A stretch of DNA of 64,000 nucleotides, from the NCBI RefSeq assembly GCF_015265375.1, contig NZ_JABZXW010000003.1, positions 6,142 to 70,141 of the forward strand, read 5' to 3'. Position 1 is the stretch's first letter; each line of letters starts with the position of its first letter. Below are positions 58,597 through 64,000 of this stretch, piece by piece. The notes below the pieces were generated by a model that made no database searches, had not been told where the DNA came from, and saw nothing but the letters and a program-made list of their open reading frames with translations. This DNA is from Rothia sp. (in: high G+C Gram-positive bacteria) (lineage in GTDB: Bacteria > Actinomycetota > Actinomycetes > Actinomycetales > Micrococcaceae). Made by a program: the position numbers and the translations under genes.

Positions 58597-60315
58597 TCAG
58601 CGCCCCTGCGGCACTTCTCGACCGGCTGCCAGTAGCTCTCGGGCATGCTCTCGCGCCGATTCTGATTGATCGTGCCCGGAGAGCATTCGCGCCAGTTCCA
58701 CCACGCGTTCCTCTTCGGAAAGTACCTTGACCTTTGAGAGGGACGCGTCATCGTTTTTCAGCACGAGGATGTGCTGGTCCGCGAAGGCTGCAACCTGCGG
58801 CAGGTGGGTAACCACCAGCACCTGCACGTGTCGGGCGAGCATGGCGAGGCGGCGACCGATTTCGATAGCTGCCTTACCGCCCACGCCGGAGTCCACCTCA
58901 TCGAAGATGAAGGTGGATACGGGGTCCACTTCGGCAAGCACTACTTCCAGGGCGAGCATCACGCGGGAGAGCTCACCGCCGGAGGCGCCCTTACCGAGCG
59001 GGCGCGGCACGGCAGTTCGGTGCGGTGCCAGCATGAAGGTCACGGTGTCTCGACCGTGTACCGAGAACTTTTCTGCTTCGGCAACTTCCACAACCAGGGA
59101 GGCGTTCGGCATGGCAAGAGCGGTGAGCTCTTCGCTGACGGCATCCGCCAGTTTCTGCGCGGCGGCACGGCGCAGGGCGGTCAGCTCTTCTGCCTGGGCG
59201 CCAAGCACCTTGCGTAGCTGCACCAGCTCAGTTTCCAGGGTTTCCTGTCGCTGCGGGTCGTCCACCAGAGTCTCGAGGCGTGCACGGGATTCTTCCGCCC
59301 ACTCGAGGACCTCGGCAATATCGGCACCGTACTTGCGGGTAAGGGTTGCCAGTTGTGCACGGCGAGTCTGCACCTGCGCCAGACGCTCGGGGCCTTCAAC
59401 ATCCAGGGAAGCCATGTAGGAGGACAGGTCCGAGGAGATGTCGGTGGTCAGAATGAGCAGCTCGTTGACGCGCGCGGCGAGGGAGGCTAGCTCCTCGTCT
59501 GCGTCTGCCTGCGCCTGGAGCGCGGAGCGGCTTGCATCGAGCAGGCTCATGACGCTCTGCTCATCGCCGGTGGAGTATTCGCTACCGCTCAGTGCTGCGG
59601 AGGCGGTTGCCGAGGCGATGCGTAGCGCCTCCACATTCATGAGCTTCACCATTTCGGCTTTGAGCTCTTCTTCTTCCCCCGCCTGCGGGTTGACGGCGCC
59701 AATTTCTTCAAGGGCACCCTGCAGGGTCTGTGCTTCGAGGGCGCGTGCTCGGGAATTTTCGCGTACTTCCTTCAGCTCCGCGGCGGCGGCACGGTATCGT
59801 TCGTAGTTTTCGCGGTACTTCTCAAGCAGGTTGGCGAGCTCTTCACCAGCGTACAGGTCGAGGGACTGGCGTTGCTCCGCCGCAGATTTGAGGCGCAACT
59901 GATCGGACTGGCCGTGGACGGCCACGAGAGTCTGACCAATCTGGGCCAGGGTTCCGATGGGCGCGGAGCAACCGCCGACGTGGGCGCGGGAACGTCCCGA
60001 AGCGTTAACAGTGCGCGCCAGAAGCAGCTCGGAGGTCTGTTCGTCGATGTCTTCGGCGGTGCCGCCAGCTTCTTCGGCAAGCTCAAGAGCGCGGTGCCCG
60101 TGGGGCAGGCGAATGACGGCTTCGGCGAGGGCGCTCTTGGCGCCGTTGCGCACGCTGGATGCGTCGGACCGGGCGCCCAGAAGCATGCCGAGGGCGGTGA
60201 CGACCATGGTTTTACCTGCGCCGGTCTCACCGGTCAGCACGGAGAATCCGGGTTCGAGGGGGAGCCTCGCATCGGTGATGATGCCGAGGTCTCGAATATG
60301 GATTTCCTCAATCAC
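58597..60315 (-). CDS. recN: DNA repair protein RecN
   Basis: 572 aa with the Walker A motif GETGAGKT, a long coiled coil and an SMC-like C-terminus. Confidence 0.9.
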   Translation of the reverse strand: MIEEIHIRDLGIITDARLPLEPGFSVLTGETGAGKTMVVTALGMLLGARSDASSVRNGAKSALAEAVIRLPHGHRALELAEEAGGTAEDIDEQTSELLLARTVNASGRSRAHVGGCSAPIGTLAQIGQTLVAVHGQSDQLRLKSAAEQRQSLDLYAGEELANLLEKYRENYERYRAAAAELKEVRENSRARALEAQTLQGALEEIGAVNPQAGEEEELKAEMVKLMNVEALRIASATASAALSGSEYSTGDEQSVMSLLDASRSALQAQADADEELASLAARVNELLILTTDISSDLSSYMASLDVEGPERLAQVQTRRAQLATLTRKYGADIAEVLEWAEESRARLETLVDDPQRQETLETELVQLRKVLGAQAEELTALRRAAAQKLADAVSEELTALAMPNASLVVEVAEAEKFSVHGRDTVTFMLAPHRTAVPRPLGKGASGGELSRVMLALEVVLAEVDPVSTFIFDEVDSGVGGKAAIEIGRRLAMLARHVQVLVVTHLPQVAAFADQHILVLKNDDASLSKVKVLSEEERVVELARMLSGHDQSESAREHARELLAAGREVPQGR

Positions 60316-60334
60316 GAACGTTCATTCCTTTTCT

Positions 60335-61345
60335 TTAGTGCTTCTCGGTATCCTGCGGGCCTCGCCAGCCACGAATCGGAAGCTCAAACTTGCGCACCAG
60401 TCGCTCCGAGAAAGGAGCCGGGTGAATACGGGCGAGCAGCACCGACTTTTCGGAGCGTCGCACCTCAATACGGGAGCCGGGGTCTAGTTCCACGGTTCGG
60501 CGGCCGTCGCACCAGAGCACACCGGAGGCACCGTTTCCAGGCATCATTTCTACCGCCAGGGTGGAGGTCGGTGCTGCTACCAGCGGGCGCGCGAAGAGCG
60601 CGTGAGCAGAGAGCGGAACCATGAGAATCGCTTCAACTTCGGGCCAGACGACCGGGCCGCCACCGGAGAACGCGTAGGCGGTCGAACCGGTGGGGGTTCC
60701 CATGACCACGCCGTCGCAGCCGAAGCTGCTGAGCGGGCGGCAGTCCACCTCAATAATGACTTCAATCATTTTTTCGCGGTTGCCCTTTTCGACGCTAGCT
60801 TCGTTCAGCGCCCAGTCGCTGTGCACGCGCTTGCCGTCGTTCCAGACTTCCACGTCGATTGCCATGCGTTCTTCAACGGTGTATTCGTTGTTGACGATGC
60901 AGCGAACGGTTTCGGTCAGGTCGCTCTCTTCGGATTCGGCGAGGAAGCCGACGTGCCCCAGGTTCACACCGATGAGCGGGACGCTGGTTCGACGCACCAT
61001 TTCGGCGGCGCGAAGAATTGAACCGTCACCACCGAGCACCACGCCGAGCTCAATATCGATAAGCGCCACGGATTCGTGGACGACCTGCACGGGGACGGGC
61101 TCGTCCCAGTTTTCGCTCAGGGTTTCCAGGTCGGAGCGAGTCATGACGGGTGCGAGTCCCGCTTCATAGAGCTGGGTGCACGCCTGTCGGGCGGCATCTC
61201 GTGCTTCTTTGCGCCCCACGTGGGCGAAGACGAGAATCTTACGGTGACGTTGTTCCACCGAGTCTTCGGAATCATGGCGCGCGCTGATTGTGGGCAACTG
61301 CGAGAGGTCAAAATCTCGCGTTACACGACTTTCCTGTTTTGCCAT
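60335..61345 (-). CDS. nadK: NAD(+) kinase
   Basis: GGDGS motif in VLGGDGSILRAA, and an NE/D short motif. Confidence 0.9.
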   Translation of the reverse strand: MAKQESRVTRDFDLSQLPTISARHDSEDSVEQRHRKILVFAHVGRKEARDAARQACTQLYEAGLAPVMTRSDLETLSENWDEPVPVQVVHESVALIDIELGVVLGGDGSILRAAEMVRRTSVPLIGVNLGHVGFLAESEESDLTETVRCIVNNEYTVEERMAIDVEVWNDGKRVHSDWALNEASVEKGNREKMIEVIIEVDCRPLSSFGCDGVVMGTPTGSTAYAFSGGGPVVWPEVEAILMVPLSAHALFARPLVAAPTSTLAVEMMPGNGASGVLWCDGRRTVELDPGSRIEVRRSEKSVLLARIHPAPFSERLVRKFELPIRGWRGPQDTEKH

Positions 61346-61413
61346 AACGACTCTCTCCCATCGGGTGTTGAGATGGTGTATCTACACCTATCATACCGAA
61401 TATGTTCTCGAAG

Positions 61414-61443
61414 ATTTTCTAAATAGCTATATTTTTAGAAAAT
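61414..61443. promoter_or_regulatory. Perfect 10-bp inverted repeat ATTTTCTAAA-n10-TTTAGAAAAT in the AT-rich nadK upstream / tlyA downstream region
   Basis: Read directly from the sequence. It shares the TTTTCTAAAT motif with the putA-lysR intergenic site. Confidence 0.4.
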
Positions 61444-61587
61444 TATTTCGAATAGCGTACAGCTGGAGTATCCCTAAAATACCTGCGAATAGCGCGGTAG
61501 CCTGAGAAAGCCCCGCCCTCAACGCGTCCTGCGTTACCGAGCGGTTTTTCTCAGACTGCCTTAGCACTATTATTTTTGGCACTATAT

Positions 61588-62316
61588 TTATTTTCGGCAC
61601 CAGAGGAAGTACTCTACGTTGCCGTCCTGTCCGGGGAGCGGGCTGGGTTCCATACCCATCACGCGCAATCCGTGGCTCGCCGCAGATGCCTGAACTTTTT
61701 CCACTGCTTCACGGCGGGCGGATTCTTCGTGCACCACTCCCCCGCGTCCGATGCGGTGCTTGCCGACCTCGAACTGCGGTTTGACCATGAGCACCAGGTC
61801 GCCGCCGGTTTCGGTGGCGTTCGCTAGCGCCTCCATAACCAGGGTCAGTGAGATGAACGAGAGGTCAGAAACCGTCAGTTCGACCTGCCCGCCAATGTCT
61901 TCTGGCTTCATGTAGCGAACGTTGAGCCCTTCGTACACGCCGACTCGCGGTTCTTCGCGTAGCGTGTCCACGAGCTGCCCGTGTCCTACGTCAACGGCGG
62001 CTACGTGGGCGGCTCCTCGACGAAGCAGCACGTCGGTAAAGCCTCCGGTGGATGCTCCCGCGTCCAGGCAACGTTTGCCTTCTACCTCGATTTCGGGGAA
62101 CGCGTCGAGGGCACCGGCGAGCTTGTGCCCTGCGCGGCTGACGTATTCGGTCAGCTCGCTCTGGCGCACGTAGAGGGTGTCCTCCGGGCCCACGAGCATG
62201 GACGCTTTGCGCGCAACCTTGCCGTTGACTTGCACGTCTCCTGCCGCGATAAGTTTTGCGGCGAGGGTTCGGGAGCTCACGAATCCGGCTTCGACCAGGT
62301 ATTTATCGAGGCGCAC
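61588..62316 (-). CDS. tlyA: TlyA-family rRNA 2'-O-methyltransferase (haemolysin A-like)
   Basis: S4 domain MRLDKYLVEAGFVSSR plus an FtsJ-like methyltransferase domain with the CLDAGASTGGFTDVLL motif. Confidence 0.85.
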   Translation of the reverse strand: MRLDKYLVEAGFVSSRTLAAKLIAAGDVQVNGKVARKASMLVGPEDTLYVRQSELTEYVSRAGHKLAGALDAFPEIEVEGKRCLDAGASTGGFTDVLLRRGAAHVAAVDVGHGQLVDTLREEPRVGVYEGLNVRYMKPEDIGGQVELTVSDLSFISLTLVMEALANATETGGDLVLMVKPQFEVGKHRIGRGGVVHEESARREAVEKVQASAASHGLRVMGMEPSPLPGQDGNVEYFLWCRK

Positions 62317-62410
62317 GGTGTCCTTGTCTTCTTTCTGTCGTCTGGTGACGGGGTTGTCTAGTGCCGGTGAACCCTCAGACGATAACGTTCTGAGGGTTCA
62401 CCGCCGCGAA

Positions 62411-62578
62411 CTAGGAGAGGTTTTCGAGGTCCTTCTCCAGTTGCTCACTCATCGTTTCGAGGCGCTTGACGCGCTCTACGGGGTCCATGGCGAGGGTCGC
62501 CGCGAGTTGGCTCTCGAATTCTGCATCAAGCTCAGCGGTTTCCTCTGCCGTGCTATTAGTCTCCGGTTCTTTAGGCAC
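62411..62578 (-). CDS. Small conserved hypothetical protein (55 aa, GTG start), below the ORF-track length cutoff
   Basis: My own translation is VPKEPETNSTAEETAELDAEFESQLAATLAMDPVERVKRLETMSEQLEKDLENLS. It lies between the HAD phosphatase and tlyA, where M. tuberculosis carries a ~58-aa conserved hypothetical (Rv1693). Confidence 0.35.
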   Translation of the reverse strand: MPKEPETNSTAEETAELDAEFESQLAATLAMDPVERVKRLETMSEQLEKDLENLS

Positions 62579-63608
62579 CGGGGATCCCCTGGATGTTGGG
62601 GCATGCGCCCTGTTCGGGGTTTGCCGCCCACCATGCTGCGCAGGCTACGCGCCATGCTTCGGCTTCGCTCTCGCTACCCGCGAATGCTTCGGTATCTGCA
62701 ATCTCGGGGCCGGTCAGGCTCAGGTTTTCACCGCGGACTCGTGCCTGCCAGGTGGGGCCGGTTGCGGTGACTTCGTAGCCTTCGTAGAGCACCTCAATTT
62801 CGGGGTAGGGCGCGAAGAAGTCCTCGAGGGTGCGCAGAACATAGGTCGGACGCTGGTTCGGCACGGCCTCGATGACATCCTGGTAGGTCTGTACGCCGGT
62901 GAGGACGAGGGCGCCGTCCATCTTTGCGTTGTTGGCGCCGAGAATGTCGGTGTCCAGGCGGTCGCCCACAATGACGGGGCGGCTGGAGTTCACTGCCTGC
63001 GCTGCGGTGTGGAAGATGGGCGCTTCGGGCTTGCCCGCGACAAGCGGGGTACGACGGGAGGCGGTTGCCACTGCCGCAACGAGGGTTCCGTTACCGGGCG
63101 CCTGGCCGCGTTCCTTGGGGATGGTCTGGTCGGTGTTGGTCGCGATCCACAATACATCGGGGTTTGCGAGGGTGTAGGCGGCTTCCGCGAGGTCTTCCCA
63201 GCCGATCTTGGGGTCGAAGCCCTGGATGACGGCTACGGGGCCTTCTTCTTCCTTGCGGACGGTTTCGAGGCCTACCGCACGAACGCAGTCGGCAAGTGCT
63301 TCGGTGCCGGTGATGAGTACCTTGGAGCCTGCGGGTACGTGCTGTGCGAGCAGCGCGGCGCCTGCCTGTGCGGAGCTAACGACTCGTTCTGCTCGGGTAT
63401 GCACACCCAGTTCACGCAGGTGTTCTGCTACGGATTCTACGGAGCGGGATGCGTTGTTGGTGACGAAGATGACCGGTACGTTGAGTTCTTCTTCGGCGCG
63501 GTTGAGGGCTTCGGGTGCACCTTCAATGGCGAAGGGGCCCGCGTAGACTACGCCGTCCAGGTCGGAGAGGAGGGCATCGTAGCGGGATAGGAGTGCATTC
63601 GTGGTCAT
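62571..63608 (-). CDS. HAD-superfamily (IIA) hydrolase, Rv1692-like sugar/glycerol-phosphate phosphatase
   Basis: N-terminal motif LSDLDGVVY (DxD). Confidence 0.75.
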   Translation of the reverse strand: MTTNALLSRYDALLSDLDGVVYAGPFAIEGAPEALNRAEEELNVPVIFVTNNASRSVESVAEHLRELGVHTRAERVVSSAQAGAALLAQHVPAGSKVLITGTEALADCVRAVGLETVRKEEEGPVAVIQGFDPKIGWEDLAEAAYTLANPDVLWIATNTDQTIPKERGQAPGNGTLVAAVATASRRTPLVAGKPEAPIFHTAAQAVNSSRPVIVGDRLDTDILGANNAKMDGALVLTGVQTYQDVIEAVPNQRPTYVLRTLEDFFAPYPEIEVLYEGYEVTATGPTWQARVRGENLSLTGPEIADTEAFAGSESEAEAWRVACAAWWAANPEQGACPNIQGIPGA

Positions 63609-63790
63609 AGAGTGTTCCTCTCGGGGTCTCTGGCGGTTGTCGCTATTAATCGTACCTGTTAGACACTCACCCGTAGGTGCCTTCTGGAGATTATGTGCAA
63701 AACCGCTGGACGCCTCCCCCGTTCAGGGGTGCGTCCAGCGGTTGCTGACACTGAGGTCAAGTATTCAGAATCCTTAGATTCTCTGCCGTC

Positions 63791-64000
63791 TTATTCTGCG
63801 GAGGTTTCTTCTGCTTCTTCAGCCTCGGACTCAGCGACTTCGGTCTTCTCGCCCTCAGCTGCCTCTTCCTGTGCTTCAGATGCTTCCTCGTTAGCGGAAG
63901 TCTCAGCAGTCTCTTCTGCCTTTTCGTCTGCGGGCTCAGCGATTTCTACGGACTTCTCTTCCTTTTCGAAGAGGCCTGCTTCGCCGAACATATCGAAGAT
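63791..64000 (-). CDS. C-terminal part of a Glu/Ala-rich acidic protein; the gene continues past the window edge
   Basis: The open frame continues to position 64000 with no upstream stop. The C-terminal tail is highly acidic. Confidence 0.25.
   Translation of the reverse strand: MFDMFGEAGLFEKEEKSVEIAEPADEKAEETAETSANEEASEAQEEAAEGEKTEVAESEAEEAEETSAE

Overview
The window is a 64-kb chromosomal segment from a high-GC Gram-positive actinobacterium. Coding GC is about 60-65%, intergenic DNA is AT-rich, and the proteins resemble Micrococcales, possibly Rothia-like. Gene order closely follows conserved actinobacterial blocks known from Mycobacterium and Corynebacterium. Almost all real genes are on the minus strand or in short plus-strand operons. 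The large ORFs on the opposite strand are GC-driven artefacts.

The main blocks are:
- 1-7.9 kb: the proximal division/cell-wall (dcw) cluster, murE(partial)-ftsI-ftsL-rsmH-mraZ, with its long leader, followed by a DUF3040 gene and dinB.
- 8-17.7 kb: idsA, an Rv2175c-like/PknL pair, aroG, plsC, a hydrolase and fadD.
- 17.9-23.7 kb: mycothione-reductase-like gene, ParA-like gene, two MerR-family genes (McdR/FtsR-like) and gcvH.
- 24.1-29.0 kb: putA with a divergent LysR gene.
- 29.2-31.4 kb: an uncharacterised two-gene operon (Tat-secreted protein plus signal-less beta-propeller-like protein).
- 31.7-37.3 kb: a SorC regulator with glpD-glpF-glpK.
- 37.8-41.4 kb: small membrane proteins, a low-GC orphan gene, ogt, tag and a DUF1304 gene.
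- 41.7-45.4 kb: two tandem L-lactate permease paralogs.
- 46.0-46.1 kb: tRNA-Pro(GGG).
- 46.3-63.6 kb: a second conserved block, der-cmk-tyrA-rluB-scpB-scpA-parA(PldP-like)-xerD-nudix-pyrG-recN-nadK-tlyA-small ORF-HAD phosphatase.

I found no CRISPR array, transposase, integrase (other than chromosomal xerD) or recognisable defence system. The points most worth follow-up are:
- the unannotated Tat-protein/propeller operon lying between two regulators;
- a structured ~260-nt noncoding tail downstream of the FtsR-like gene;
- a 14-bp x6 minisatellite at the Rv2175c-like gene stop;
- a low-GC orphan membrane-protein gene;
- several AT-rich intergenic palindromes, including a recurring TTTTCTAAAT/ATTTAGAAAA motif;
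- unusual low-complexity extensions on FadD, FtsL, XerD, ScpB, RluB and DinB.
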